Positions 49,146 through 60,645 of a DNA stretch of 63,917 nucleotides are shown one piece after another. The position numbers and the translations under genes are program-made. The notes under the pieces were generated by a model. The model was not told where the DNA came from. It ran no database searches and worked only from the letters and a program-made list of their open reading frames with translations. The stretch comes from a virus (Duplodnaviria; Caudoviricetes): IMG/VR virus record IMGVR_UViG_3300022929_002740, positions 1 through 63,917 of that record; one strand, written 5' to 3'. Numbering within the stretch: position 1 is the stretch's first letter; the number at the start of each line of letters is the position of its first letter.

Positions 49146-50016
49146 AGGATTTATAACAATAGGTATTGATACTGAAGAAGATAGAATCAAATACAGCTAT
49201 GCCCTTGCCTTAAGTATTAAACAGTGTGATCCCAACAGTGAGTTTTGTCTTGTGGTAGACAAAGATGCTAGCGATAAAGTCCCTACAAAATATCATCATG
49301 CATTTGATTATATTGTAGAACTGCCGTTTGGTAACACAGCATACAAAGATGGGTTTCATGGCATGAACTTGTGGCAACTATTACATTGTAGTCCATTTGA
49401 AGAAACAATTTATGTAGACAGTGACACAATGTTTAAAAACATAAACATTGAAACTCTATGGGATCAATTCGAAACTTATGATCTAGCAATTAGTCCAATA
49501 GCAAGAACATACAGAGATTATCTCACAAATAAAATATACAGATTTGAAATTGAAATGCACTACGAATTGCCACAATTATACAACAATCTTATCTATTTTA
49601 AAAGAGACAGTCAGCTTGCAATTGAATGGTTTAAGATGGCAGATCCAGTTTTTCAAAATTGGAGACAAGTTTATCAAACCATGTTCAAAGAAAAGAAGCC
49701 ATTGACATTTGACAAAAACTTGTTAGCAAATATTACAACTCATTTGTGCGATATAGAAAATTTAGTAAGTTGTCCCATAAACAATCATTATGATTTTCAT
49801 AACTTGAGTCAACGACATTGGGGAGATGATATTCCTGAAAACTGGACTGACATGCTCAACTACTGGTATACAGATCAACATAAACTTATGATTGAAAACA
49901 GTGTAGTAAACAGTGGAATTATTCACTACCAAGACGAAAACTTTTTAACCGAGGACATAATCGATGCAATTAAAGCCGTTGTTGAAATCAGCGATCGAAG
50001 AAACGCCTCCGCATAA
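49138..50016 (+). CDS. GT-A fold glycosyltransferase-like protein (paralogue)
   Basis: YALALSIK, SPFEETIYVDSD and IIHY motifs. Confidence 0.7.
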   Translation: MSRGFITIGIDTEEDRIKYSYALALSIKQCDPNSEFCLVVDKDASDKVPTKYHHAFDYIVELPFGNTAYKDGFHGMNLWQLLHCSPFEETIYVDSDTMFKNINIETLWDQFETYDLAISPIARTYRDYLTNKIYRFEIEMHYELPQLYNNLIYFKRDSQLAIEWFKMADPVFQNWRQVYQTMFKEKKPLTFDKNLLANITTHLCDIENLVSCPINNHYDFHNLSQRHWGDDIPENWTDMLNYWYTDQHKLMIENSVVNSGIIHYQDENFLTEDIIDAIKAVVEISDRRNASA

Positions 50017-50941
50017 GTTCTGTGTTTATTATGACGAGTGGAGCGGCGAGATCATACAGATCACTAATCGTCCCAAAGATAGTCGTCATCCTCATATAGA
50101 AACTCCTGATGAAACAGCCAAAAAGCTGATGATGGGAGAACTTAGTTTTAGCAAGTATCAAGTTGCACAGTTGGTTGATGGGCCTAGACTTATGCCCAAA
50201 GACAATGTGATTAGATTACGACAAGCAGAAAACGTTCTCAGTCAAATCGAAAGTGTAAAATTTGAAATACAAAGTGATATCAATATAATTTTCTATATCA
50301 ATGATTGGAAACTTGAAATTAACTTTAGTCAAGATACTATGTTTAGAATGACAGGAGCAAGGGACAGTAGAAATGCGAGAATACAAAGTGATCAAACAAA
50401 ACCGTTTGATTTTTATCTTATCAAAGGCAATGATCCTACATTCTTGCTCAAGCACATCAAAATAGATCCAATAGATTTAATGAGTTCAGGTTATATACTT
50501 TACGACTTGAGTGAACTAAGAACTATATGTGGACTAGGAGATATCAATGTATTGACCAAACGTATCTTCAAAAGTTATGGTATTAAATACAAGCAACACT
50601 ACACAGGAAGTGATTATCACAGAAGAAAAACACAGCGTAGAGTCCACAAACAAATTGAAACACATGAAGAATATGCAACCTTTAGCATCAGTAAAGCAAA
50701 CACAGGTTGGATATTTAAAAGTAACTTTGACGATCCAAAAGAACAAAAAATATACAGAGATATGACTTTATTTTTTACCAAAGATGATCCAACATATCTC
50801 ACACACAGAATAAAAATACCATTTGATAATATCGGATGGAGACAAGAATACATAGTCGACACTGAACTAAATTTTGAAGACAAAATATTGCTAGGTGAAA
50901 ACGCCAAAAACATTACGTTTAAAATTGAGGAAATGAAATGA
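49964..50941 (+). CDS. Hypothetical protein
   Basis: 325-aa ORF coupled to its neighbours; no recognised motif. Confidence 0.7.
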   Translation: MQLKPLLKSAIEETPPHKFCVYYDEWSGEIIQITNRPKDSRHPHIETPDETAKKLMMGELSFSKYQVAQLVDGPRLMPKDNVIRLRQAENVLSQIESVKFEIQSDINIIFYINDWKLEINFSQDTMFRMTGARDSRNARIQSDQTKPFDFYLIKGNDPTFLLKHIKIDPIDLMSSGYILYDLSELRTICGLGDINVLTKRIFKSYGIKYKQHYTGSDYHRRKTQRRVHKQIETHEEYATFSISKANTGWIFKSNFDDPKEQKIYRDMTLFFTKDDPTYLTHRIKIPFDNIGWRQEYIVDTELNFEDKILLGENAKNITFKIEEMK

Positions 50942-51918
50942 CGAATCTAGTACCTATTACAGAATTTGATATTGTGTTTATCAGCTATGACGAACCAAAT
51001 GCAGATGAAAATTACAGCGACCTATTAGAAAAATGCCCGTGGGCAAAACGCAGTCACGGAGTATGGGGCAGTGATGCTGCACACAAAGCCGCAGCCGCAT
51101 TAAGTGAAACAGACCGCTTTATTACTGTAGACGCTGACAACATTGTTAGAGAAGACTTCTTTAATATTGAAGTTGATATGGATCGTGTTAGAGATGCAGA
51201 TGTTATTAGTTGGGCAGGTAAGAATACTATTAACGGTCTAGTATACGGCAACGGCGGTATCAAGTGTTGGCCCGTTGATGTTGTTAATCGTATGCGTACA
51301 CACGAAGCTGCACCAGCCAATGACAAAGCCGCACAAGTAGATTTTTGCTGGAACATACACTATGTACAAATGAACAATATCTACTGTGATGTTATGAATA
51401 ACGGAAGTCCGCTACAAGCATGGAGAGCTGGATTTCGTGAAGGCGTTAAGATGGGATTAGAAGGCGGTGATGTAGTTGATCCTGATAGAATCAAACATAT
51501 TTTTAGAGAAAATTACAAACGCTTAATGGTATGGATGACAGTTGGTGAAGATGTTACCAATGGACTATGGGCAATATATGGTGCTAGACTTGGATGCCAT
51601 ATGACTAACATTGTAAGAAATGATTGGGATTGGAAAAACGTTAGAGACTTTGATTGGCTCACGGAATATTTTAACAAAGAACTTGCTCCACAATTTGAAG
51701 GCGGCGAACAGTTGTGTCCACGTACAGGTATGATGTGGGATATGCAAAAACTAAAACAAGAAACTGTTAGATTAGGAGACGACATCAGAGGAAAGTTAGA
51801 TTTAGAGATAGCTGATATTGGCGTAGACGGAAGTAGATTCTTCAAAACTGTGTATAAAAATCCTGCTAGACTTGGTGCTATGGTCAGAGAAGATCAAGTG
51901 GAAGACAGCCTTGAATAA
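50938..51918 (+). CDS. GT-A/GT2-like glycosyltransferase
   Basis: FISYDEPNA, FITVDAD, NGLVYGNGG and AWRAGFREGVK motifs. Confidence 0.6.
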   Translation: MTNLVPITEFDIVFISYDEPNADENYSDLLEKCPWAKRSHGVWGSDAAHKAAAALSETDRFITVDADNIVREDFFNIEVDMDRVRDADVISWAGKNTINGLVYGNGGIKCWPVDVVNRMRTHEAAPANDKAAQVDFCWNIHYVQMNNIYCDVMNNGSPLQAWRAGFREGVKMGLEGGDVVDPDRIKHIFRENYKRLMVWMTVGEDVTNGLWAIYGARLGCHMTNIVRNDWDWKNVRDFDWLTEYFNKELAPQFEGGEQLCPRTGMMWDMQKLKQETVRLGDDIRGKLDLEIADIGVDGSRFFKTVYKNPARLGAMVREDQVEDSLE

Positions 51919-52696
51919 AACCGTTGTACTTGTAACAGGAGGATTTGATCCGTTACATTCAGGTCATATTGAATATTTTAAAGCCGCTAAACAACTAGGC
52001 GACAAACTAGTTGTGGGTTTGAACAGCGACGAATGGTTAATTCGTAAAAAAGGCAGACCTTTTATGTCTTTCCAAGAACGTAGTAAGATTATAAGTGCGC
52101 TAGAGTGCGTTGACACAGTAATTAGTTTTGATGACAGCGACGATACTGCCTGCGGAGCCATTTATAAAACTCTTGCTACACACGGAAATATAAAAGTTAT
52201 CTTTGCTAACGGTGGTGATAGGAACAATATTACTACACCAGAATACAAAACTTGGGGAGATCATCCCGATGTGAAATTTGCCTGGGGTGTTGGAGGAGAC
52301 TACAAAGCCAACAGTAGTAGTTGGATATTAGACGAGTGGAAGACACAAAAGACTGAACGTGAATGGGGGTACTGGCGTGTACTAGATGACAAAGGCACAG
52401 TCAAAGTAAAAGAACTTGTGATCAATCCAGGATGCAGTCTAAGTGATCAACGTCATATGCACAGGCGTGAACATTGGTATATACTAAGTGGAAGTTGTAA
52501 AATAGAAATAGAGAAGGATGATATTATACAAACAAATGCAGGTAGAGATCAAACTGTTCTATTGACACAAAACAAAACACATGTTATTAATGTATATGAC
52601 TGGCATCGAGCGTACAATCCTTATGACGAACCTTGTCACATATTAGAAGTTCAATACGGTAAAAAATGTATTGAAGAGGATATTGAACGTAGATGA
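51911..52696 (+). CDS. Cytidylyltransferase-like (RfaE/TagD) domain fused to a mannose-6-phosphate isomerase-type cupin
   Basis: TGGFDPLHSGH, GLNSD, FANGGDR, SSS; then R.WGYW...VKELVINPG..LS.Q.H..R.EHW...EVQYG...EEDIER. TTG start at 51911. Confidence 0.88.
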   Translation: MNKTVVLVTGGFDPLHSGHIEYFKAAKQLGDKLVVGLNSDEWLIRKKGRPFMSFQERSKIISALECVDTVISFDDSDDTACGAIYKTLATHGNIKVIFANGGDRNNITTPEYKTWGDHPDVKFAWGVGGDYKANSSSWILDEWKTQKTEREWGYWRVLDDKGTVKVKELVINPGCSLSDQRHMHRREHWYILSGSCKIEIEKDDIIQTNAGRDQTVLLTQNKTHVINVYDWHRAYNPYDEPCHILEVQYGKKCIEEDIERR

Positions 52697-54153
52697 CAGA
52701 TAAAAATAACTATGAGTTAGACCCAGATCCAGAAACAGCGGCAGAGTTAGTAAAGCCAAAACTAGACGAAATTAGCCCTACTATGTGTATGGCTAAATGG
52801 TTGTGGACTAGTGTTCATTTAACTAACGGAACTACCAACAGTTGTTTCCTTCCACCTATACACAAAATTGAAGTAGATAATATTGTAAACAATCCTAAAG
52901 GATTGCACAATACTCCACAGAAAAAAGAGCAACGTCAGATGATGCTAGACGGTGAACAGCCGGATGGTTGTAGCTACTGTTGGAACATCGAAAAGATGGA
53001 CAGATCATTTAACAGTGATCGTCACTATCGCAGTAGCGAGCCTTGGGCTCAGGCTGGATGGGATGATGTAATACAAACAGGAGCGCAAGGAGATATTGAG
53101 CCACGCTTTATGGAGATCAATTTTAATCATGCTTGTAACTTAGCATGTAGTTATTGTAGTCCACATTTAAGCAGTAAGTGGGCAGAAGATATTGAACAGC
53201 ATGGTCCTTATCCTACTAAAGTACCGCACAACAGCATTGACTATTTCAAACAAATAGGGCAGTACCCTATTCCAAACAGAGAACACAATCCATATGTGGA
53301 AGCATTTTGGCAATGGTGGCCTGAACTATATCCTAAGCTACAAAACTTTCGCATGACAGGCGGCGAGCCGCTTATGGATAAGAATACATTTCGTGTACTA
53401 GATTATGTAATAGACAACGGCAGAGATGATTTAGAAATGGCTGTTACAACCAATGCTAGTGTTCCTGATAAACTGTGGAATAACTTTGTAGACAAAGTTA
53501 GTTTTATCAGTGAGTATAAAAAACTCAAACGTTTTAGAATATTTGTTAGTGTCGACGGATGGGGCGATCAAGCTGAATATATGCGTCATGGATTAGATTT
53601 TGATCGCATGTGGAACAATGTGCATAATTACTTGAGTAGAGTAGACGAAGGTCTTGTTACGTTTATTGTAACATTTAACATGCTTAGTTTACCCAGCATT
53701 CAGAAATTATTAGAGGGCATATTAGAACTACAAAGGGTACACAATGTAACTAAAAGTAGACGTGATGCAGATGGCAATATTGTAGTGTATGGACATCACA
53801 AAGTATTTTTGGATACACCTATGCTACGTTATCCTGAATGGCAAAGTTTACAACTTACACCAGAAAGTCATTGGCACTACGCAGATGAAGCACTAGAATT
53901 TATGAAAGCAAACGAAGATCAACATAGAAAAAGTAGATGGGTAGGATTTAAACCGCATCAAATCGAACGTTTTGATCGCAGTATTGAGTTTATGAAACAA
54001 GGCTTTGATAGCAGTGAACAAAAACAAGAAGCACAAGAAAACTTTATAAGATTCTTTGGTGCACACGACTACAGAAGAAACACAGACTTTAGTGCAACAT
54101 TCCCTGAATTTGCAGAAGTGTTTGCTAAATGGAAAGAGAAATATAATGTTTAA
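52693..54153 (+). CDS. Radical SAM protein 1
   Basis: CNLACSYC and TGGEP, with an N-terminal Cys domain (C..W...C...CSYCW). Confidence 0.92.
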   Translation: MTDKNNYELDPDPETAAELVKPKLDEISPTMCMAKWLWTSVHLTNGTTNSCFLPPIHKIEVDNIVNNPKGLHNTPQKKEQRQMMLDGEQPDGCSYCWNIEKMDRSFNSDRHYRSSEPWAQAGWDDVIQTGAQGDIEPRFMEINFNHACNLACSYCSPHLSSKWAEDIEQHGPYPTKVPHNSIDYFKQIGQYPIPNREHNPYVEAFWQWWPELYPKLQNFRMTGGEPLMDKNTFRVLDYVIDNGRDDLEMAVTTNASVPDKLWNNFVDKVSFISEYKKLKRFRIFVSVDGWGDQAEYMRHGLDFDRMWNNVHNYLSRVDEGLVTFIVTFNMLSLPSIQKLLEGILELQRVHNVTKSRRDADGNIVVYGHHKVFLDTPMLRYPEWQSLQLTPESHWHYADEALEFMKANEDQHRKSRWVGFKPHQIERFDRSIEFMKQGFDSSEQKQEAQENFIRFFGAHDYRRNTDFSATFPEFAEVFAKWKEKYNV

Positions 54154-55810
54154 AAATGTAGACTATATACGTGAACGTGAAAATATGAAAGAGCGTTATG
54201 GCTGTGATACTATGTGTACAGCTAAATTCTTTACTAGTACAATATATCTACAAAGTGGTCAAACACACAGTTGTTATCATCCATTGCCACATCAGATTCC
54301 ATTGGAAGAAATTAAAGATAACCCTAGCGCACTGCACAATACCAAACATAAAATTGAACGCCGCAAACAAATGATCTTAGGAGAGCGTCCTAGTGAATGT
54401 AATTACTGCTGGCGTGTAGAAGATATGGGCGACGAATACATCAGCGACAGAGTAATCAAAAGTAAAAATGAACTATTGCTTACTCCAAATGCACATGAAA
54501 AAATACAAGAAATGGGATGGGATCACAACTATCAGCCCACTTATCTAGAAATTAGTTTTGGCAATGAGTGTAATATGAAATGTGCATACTGTCATCCCAA
54601 GGCTAGCAGTGCATGGCAAAAAGAAATGATGCAAGGTCCATTGGAAAATGCAGAACATTTACAAGTATTGGATGAGAAAATCTATCCAGAAGATGATAAC
54701 CCATATGTAGAAGCATTTTGGGAATGGTGGCCATACCTGCGCAAGTCACTCAAAGTAATTCGTGTCACAGGCGGCGAACCACTGCTACAACAAAACGTTT
54801 GGAAGTTTTTTGACAGACTCGAGAAAACAAACGAATGTGCTGATATGATTGTACAGCTCAATACAAATCTAAATGTAAAGACCAAATTGGTCGAGCGAAT
54901 GATTACCAAAGTAAACAAATTGTTAACAGAGAAAAAGATCAAAAAATTTGCACTGTACAGCAGCATTGAAAGTTGGGGCGATAGAGCCACTTATGCCAGA
55001 AGCGGATTAAACTTAGAATTATTTGAAACAAATCTCAAACTTATTATGCAAAAGCTAGGACATCATCATGTAGACGACTTTAGCGGCATACAGATTATGA
55101 ACACATTTAATATCATGTGTGTTACCAGCTATGTAGAGTTTTTAAAGAAAATCGACGAGTGGAGAAGAGAACTACAACACGGAAAAGAATATCCTAAGGT
55201 AATGTTTGACATTCCACACTGCACTGAACCTAATCATTGGACACTAGTAGGATTACCGGATCGTTATGATGAATATTTTGATCTAGTAACTGCTTATTTT
55301 GAAAAAAACAAATGGAAAAGCAACTGGCAAAAATATCCCAAGGATCAACACGACGATAATTATTTTAACTACTACAGTGAAGAAGAAGTAAAAAGCTGGC
55401 AACGAGTTGTGAGTATGTGGAAAACAATATGTGAAAAACGTAGTAAAGTAAATACTGATGCATACTTACAGCCCAGAGAAATAGATGATGCAAGACGTAA
55501 CTGGATATTGTTTATTAAAGCCACAGACAAACGTAGAAACACAAACTTCAAAAATATCTTTCCTGAAATGAGTGACTATTACGATTTGTGTAGTACACTA
55601 GAAGATATTAGGTTTATGGAATACAACAGACAGTGTAAAGATGATCTGTTATCTGAAGACGAAATAGATTTTCATTGGGACGATGATTTTGTATGGCATC
55701 ATCCAGGCTTAGCTAATGCACTAATAAACTACAGAAAAGTTAGGAACTATCCTACTAAGATGTACAGTCATGATGAGCTGGTTGGAGAATTTGGACATGA
55801 CGAAGAATAA
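54146..55810 (+). CDS. Radical SAM protein 2
   Basis: CNMKCAYC and TGGEP; start ATG 54146; closest paralogue of protein 1. Confidence 0.92.
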   Translation: MFKNVDYIRERENMKERYGCDTMCTAKFFTSTIYLQSGQTHSCYHPLPHQIPLEEIKDNPSALHNTKHKIERRKQMILGERPSECNYCWRVEDMGDEYISDRVIKSKNELLLTPNAHEKIQEMGWDHNYQPTYLEISFGNECNMKCAYCHPKASSAWQKEMMQGPLENAEHLQVLDEKIYPEDDNPYVEAFWEWWPYLRKSLKVIRVTGGEPLLQQNVWKFFDRLEKTNECADMIVQLNTNLNVKTKLVERMITKVNKLLTEKKIKKFALYSSIESWGDRATYARSGLNLELFETNLKLIMQKLGHHHVDDFSGIQIMNTFNIMCVTSYVEFLKKIDEWRRELQHGKEYPKVMFDIPHCTEPNHWTLVGLPDRYDEYFDLVTAYFEKNKWKSNWQKYPKDQHDDNYFNYYSEEEVKSWQRVVSMWKTICEKRSKVNTDAYLQPREIDDARRNWILFIKATDKRRNTNFKNIFPEMSDYYDLCSTLEDIRFMEYNRQCKDDLLSEDEIDFHWDDDFVWHHPGLANALINYRKVRNYPTKMYSHDELVGEFGHDEE

Positions 55811-57098
55811 AGACTATCTTGTTAATGAAAGCAAACATTTTTGCATGGCACCATGGGTAACAATGCATTTGTGGCCCAGTGGGGAAGCAATGCCATGCTG
55901 TGTGGTTGTACCAGATGAAGACACACCGTTTAGTGGCAAACTTGGAAACATACAAGACAACAGTATAAGTGACTTATGGAACAGTTCATTGATGAAGGAA
56001 CTGAGAACTAACATGCTAGCTGACAAACCCAGTCAGACATGTGAACGTTGTATCAAACAAGAAGCCGCAGGCAACCAATACACACTTAGACGAGAATTAA
56101 ACAAAGACTTTTCTGATTATTTTTATAGAACACAAGACACTAATCAAGACGGCAGTCATGATGATCCTAAAATTTATTATTGGGATGTAAGATTCAATAA
56201 CTTGTGCAATTTACGTTGTTTGAGTTGTAGTGTAAAGTTTAGCAGTAGTTGGTATAACGATAGTGTTAAAAGACACGAGTACGATGGACCTGCACTGCTA
56301 CAGTTACCAAAAAGTTTTTGGGAAGAAGCATTGCCTCTGATTGGCGAAGTGCAACATGCGTACTTTGCAGGCGGCGAGCCATTGATGACAGAAGAACATT
56401 ATCGTATGCTAGATACATGGATTGAAGCAGGTAATACTGATTTAAAAATAAGTTATACCACAAACTTTACAAAAACTAGATTAGGCAATCGTTATATCTT
56501 TGACTATTGGAATAAGTTTAGCAATGTACATGTGGGTGCAAGTTTAGATGACAATTGGGAACGTGCAGAATATTTGCGTAAGGATACAGTATGGACTGAT
56601 ATTGTACAAAATCGCAAAGACATGATTAAAGACAGTCCTGATACAAGATTCTTTTTGAGCAGTACAATAGGTATTTTTAATGTACTACATTGGCCTGACT
56701 TTCACAAGGAATGGATTGAAGAAGAACTAGTAGATCCTATCGACTTTAACTTAACTCTACTCACACATCCTGAGTATTTGAGTATGACAGTGATGCCAAC
56801 TGAATTTAAAAAACGTGTAGAAAAACGTTGGTTAGAACACAGAGACTATATTGAAAAAGCATTTTATCATGCTCATCCTGATTGGGACTATAGACCAGAT
56901 CACATGCAAAGTATGATTGATGGATTGCTTAAATATCTATGGAGCGAAGATAATTCTCAACTAATAGATAGATTTCACGATGAACAACGCTGGATGGATA
57001 AGATCCGCAATAACAATTGCTATGATGTCTATACTGAATTAGAAGAACTTAAAACATATGGCGATCATTATGAAAAAGTAGCAAACCGAGGATGGTAA
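55797..57098 (+). CDS. Radical SAM protein 3 (N-terminal SPASM/twitch-like domain)
   Basis: CMAPW..PCC...WNS...CERC; CNLRCLSC; AGGEP. Confidence 0.92.
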   Translation: MTKNKDYLVNESKHFCMAPWVTMHLWPSGEAMPCCVVVPDEDTPFSGKLGNIQDNSISDLWNSSLMKELRTNMLADKPSQTCERCIKQEAAGNQYTLRRELNKDFSDYFYRTQDTNQDGSHDDPKIYYWDVRFNNLCNLRCLSCSVKFSSSWYNDSVKRHEYDGPALLQLPKSFWEEALPLIGEVQHAYFAGGEPLMTEEHYRMLDTWIEAGNTDLKISYTTNFTKTRLGNRYIFDYWNKFSNVHVGASLDDNWERAEYLRKDTVWTDIVQNRKDMIKDSPDTRFFLSSTIGIFNVLHWPDFHKEWIEEELVDPIDFNLTLLTHPEYLSMTVMPTEFKKRVEKRWLEHRDYIEKAFYHAHPDWDYRPDHMQSMIDGLLKYLWSEDNSQLIDRFHDEQRWMDKIRNNNCYDVYTELEELKTYGDHYEKVANRGW

Positions 57099-58372
57099 TG
57101 CAAAACGAAAAATATAATTTAACAGAGAGCAAAACCTTTTGCATGGCACCATGGATACACATGCATGTGTGGCCCAATGGTCGTGCTTTTCCTTGTTGTT
57201 TGGCTGATCACAGTTATGGCAATGACTACGGAAATACTAACACTAATACACTAAGTGAACTGTGGAACAGCGATCTAGCAAGAACACTTAGAAGCAATAT
57301 GTTGGCTGATAAAAAGACCAGTGCATGTAATCGTTGCTATGAACTAGAAGCAGATAGTAATGCATACACACTGCGAAAAAATATGAATAATCGTTTTGCA
57401 CATCATTATTGGAGAACCAATGATACACAACAAGATGGTACTTATGACACTGTAAACTTTACATATATGGATTTTAGATTTAGTAATATGTGTAATATGA
57501 GTTGCCGTAGTTGTAGTCCTACATTTAGTACACAATGGTATGACGACTTTATGAAAGAATTTGGACATGTTCCAGATGATGTTGCACCTCAAAAGTTTAT
57601 CCAACTCAAAAACAAACCAGGCTTCTTAGAAGAATTGCGTCCTTATTTAGACACAGTTGAAGAAGTATATTGGGCAGGCGGTGAGCCAATGGTCACTGAC
57701 ATGCACTGGGATATTATGAATCATTGGGTTGAAACAGGACATGCAGAAAATGTAAGCATACTGTATACCACAAACTTTAGTCAACTTACATATAAAAATC
57801 AACACATATTTGACCTATGGCGCAAATTTAAAAGTGTAAAAGTTAGTGCTAGTTTAGATGGCATGGGCAGTCGTGCTGAGTACATTAGAAAAGGCACAGT
57901 GTGGCAAGATATAGAAGATAATCGTATTGCAATGAAAGAACAATTGCCCAACATCTTCTTTGATATTTGTCCTACAGTAAGCATGATGAATATTTTACAC
58001 TTACCTGATTTCTTTGAAAACTGGACTGAAAGAGGATTGCTTAACGCTGGAGAAGTAAGACTAAACAATCTACTAGATCCGAAGTTTTTAAGTGTACAAA
58101 CACTTCCTACAGAATATAAAAAGCGTGTAACAGATAGATGGGAACAGCATTTAGAATGGTTACTAAAACGAGATGACTTTTGTCCAGATCATTGGCCCGC
58201 CAATGAAATTATTGATAGTGGACAGGGTACTATAAACTTTATGAATAAAACTGATAGGACTGAATTACTGCCTGAAACTATCAAAGAGTTTGAAAGATGG
58301 GATCGTATTAGGAATGAAAATTGGCTAGAAGCACTTCCTGAATTAGAATGTATTGGAGCATATCGTGAGTAG
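57092..58372 (+). CDS. Radical SAM protein 4 (N-terminal SPASM/twitch-like domain)
   Basis: CMAPW..PCC...WNS...CNRC; CNMSCRSC; AGGEP. Confidence 0.92.
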   Translation: MVMQNEKYNLTESKTFCMAPWIHMHVWPNGRAFPCCLADHSYGNDYGNTNTNTLSELWNSDLARTLRSNMLADKKTSACNRCYELEADSNAYTLRKNMNNRFAHHYWRTNDTQQDGTYDTVNFTYMDFRFSNMCNMSCRSCSPTFSTQWYDDFMKEFGHVPDDVAPQKFIQLKNKPGFLEELRPYLDTVEEVYWAGGEPMVTDMHWDIMNHWVETGHAENVSILYTTNFSQLTYKNQHIFDLWRKFKSVKVSASLDGMGSRAEYIRKGTVWQDIEDNRIAMKEQLPNIFFDICPTVSMMNILHLPDFFENWTERGLLNAGEVRLNNLLDPKFLSVQTLPTEYKKRVTDRWEQHLEWLLKRDDFCPDHWPANEIIDSGQGTINFMNKTDRTELLPETIKEFERWDRIRNENWLEALPELECIGAYRE

Positions 58373-59654
58373 CACTTATTGTTTATATCCTTTTACTAAT
58401 CTAAACAGCAACACAGAAGGCAGTGTAAAACTGTGTTGTAGTATCAATGAAAACATTCATGCAACAGGTGGCGATGGCCAAGAACTAAACTTCGGCACAC
58501 ACAGTATTGACGAGATATGGAACAGCGATTATATGACAACTGTTCGTAAGCAAATGCTAAATGGTGAACGTCCAGAAGCGTGTGCCGTTTGTTGGAGACT
58601 AGAAGACAAAGGTATACAAAGCAGTAGACAAAGTGCATTTGGTGAGCTAAAAGAATGGGCTAATCCAAAACACTATCAAGTTGTTAAACCTCCATTACCA
58701 CAAAGTTTAGAACTTAGACTAGGACACTTTTGTAATCTACGTTGCAATAGTTGCTGGAGTTTAAGCAGTGATAGAATTTATAATGAACGTAAAAAAATTC
58801 TAGCAGTTGATAAGAATCTACCAGGATGGATGCGCAACGAATGGTCATATGAAATTGATCTAGCTGATGCTAGTAATTGGAATTGGTGGATGAGTGATGA
58901 GTTTGATAAAACTATACGCAAACTTGCTCCCACCCTTAAACGTTTGTATCTCACAGGCGGTGAACCTACACTTATTAAACGTAATATCGAAATTATGCAA
59001 ATGATATTAGAAAGTGGAAACACTGATTGTTATATTGCACTTACAACAAATTTAACAACTTGGAATGAAATATTTTTCCAAACAATGAGACGCTTTAAAC
59101 ACGGAGAGTTTCAGATCAGCATTGATCATTTATATGACAGGAACTATTACATACGTTATCCTACTCAGTGGGAAAAGATAGAAACGCACATGGTGCATAT
59201 CTATGACAACTTCCCTCCAAGTTGGAAAATTAAACACTACACAGTATTTCAAAATTACAATTGGGACGCAATTCCTGATATGTTAGATTGGGTACACAAA
59301 CACAGAAGTTATTGGAGCAAAGAAGAACATCAGCGTCAATATATTTGGAGTCCTATTATACTTGATAGTCCAAATTATTTGGATGTTCGAACTATTCCTT
59401 TGCATATTAGACAAGAAGCTGCGGATATACTGGAACAGTATAAACCTAACTATGATGTTCCAAATATATATTGGCAACATGGTAGTCAACAAGCAATTAA
59501 AATCCTCAGAGATGATACACTAGATGAAGAAGTAAGAATTGAAAGATTGCAAAAGTTTAGAGAATACTGCGACACAATGGATAGAAATAGAGGAACAGTT
59601 TGGTACAAAACTTTTTTAAATATTGCACAAAAGGTACTAAACGATGACGCATGA
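58365..59654 (+). CDS. Radical SAM protein 5
   Basis: CLYPF..LCC...CAVC; CNLRCNSC; TGGEP; GTG 58365 (or TTG 58353) start. Confidence 0.92.
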   Translation: MSSTYCLYPFTNLNSNTEGSVKLCCSINENIHATGGDGQELNFGTHSIDEIWNSDYMTTVRKQMLNGERPEACAVCWRLEDKGIQSSRQSAFGELKEWANPKHYQVVKPPLPQSLELRLGHFCNLRCNSCWSLSSDRIYNERKKILAVDKNLPGWMRNEWSYEIDLADASNWNWWMSDEFDKTIRKLAPTLKRLYLTGGEPTLIKRNIEIMQMILESGNTDCYIALTTNLTTWNEIFFQTMRRFKHGEFQISIDHLYDRNYYIRYPTQWEKIETHMVHIYDNFPPSWKIKHYTVFQNYNWDAIPDMLDWVHKHRSYWSKEEHQRQYIWSPIILDSPNYLDVRTIPLHIRQEAADILEQYKPNYDVPNIYWQHGSQQAIKILRDDTLDEEVRIERLQKFREYCDTMDRNRGTVWYKTFLNIAQKVLNDDA

Positions 59655-60645
59655 ACTTATCAGGATTGAACAAGCAGGCGAACCGTTTGTAAACATAACA
59701 TGGCAAGTTAGCAATTTGTGTAACTTTCGTTGCACATACTGTAATGAAAACAATTGGAATGGAAGCAATTTAAATTTAGACATAGAAGCTGTTAAGCAAG
59801 GTTTAACAAAGATCATAGACTATGAACTAAGCAGAGGTTATACTAGACTAAAAGTTTTCTTCTCAGGTGGTGAACCTTGTTATTGGAAGCCTTTGATTCC
59901 TGTTATGGATCACATACTAGCTAGTGGAATGAGTGAAGTCAAGTTTGCAGTAAACACAAATCTAAGTAGCAAAATGTCGTGGTGGGAAAAGAATGTACAC
60001 TATTTTGATGATGTTGTTGCTAGTTACCATCCTGAGTTTGTAGACAGTGATCACTATATGGAAATCTATAAATTTTTAAGTGATAAAGTAAACTATCTAT
60101 GTGGGCGTATGATGATGCACGAACCAACTTGGGATGAAGTTATTGACTTTAGTAAAAGACTAAAAACAGAAATGAGTGAACACAACTGGCGTGTAGAGTA
60201 TGTACCTATCTTCGAAGAGCTCAGTCACACAACAAGGCCTTACAATTATAAAAATCCAGAACACAAGAAGTTTTTAGAAACAACCAACTTAGAACAAGAT
60301 ATTAAATACAACGTGCCTGCAAAAGCAGAAGGCATGGGCAGTATAGAAGTATACAATGACGGATCTACTCAGCCTATTAATTGTAACAGACTAGTAGCAG
60401 AAAGCAAAAACTTCTTCAAAGGATGGAAATGTCTAATACCAATGGAGAGTATCTTTATCAATTGTGAAGGCAAAATAGATATGGGTAGTTGTGGAGTTAT
60501 GCCACAAGTTGGTAATTTATATGATCCTGAATTACAATTGGATTTACCTGACAGTATAATTTGTCCTAAGAGCCATTGTCACTGTGGTACAGACATTTAT
60601 ATTACAAAATACAAGGATAAAAATTATGAAGCAATTAGCACTTAA
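59644..60645 (+). CDS. Radical SAM protein 6 (C-terminal Cys-rich domain)
   Basis: CNFRCTYC at the N-terminus, SGGEP, and C-terminal C...SCG...GNL...CPKSHCHC. Confidence 0.92.
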   Translation: MTHELIRIEQAGEPFVNITWQVSNLCNFRCTYCNENNWNGSNLNLDIEAVKQGLTKIIDYELSRGYTRLKVFFSGGEPCYWKPLIPVMDHILASGMSEVKFAVNTNLSSKMSWWEKNVHYFDDVVASYHPEFVDSDHYMEIYKFLSDKVNYLCGRMMMHEPTWDEVIDFSKRLKTEMSEHNWRVEYVPIFEELSHTTRPYNYKNPEHKKFLETTNLEQDIKYNVPAKAEGMGSIEVYNDGSTQPINCNRLVAESKNFFKGWKCLIPMESIFINCEGKIDMGSCGVMPQVGNLYDPELQLDLPDSIICPKSHCHCGTDIYITKYKDKNYEAIST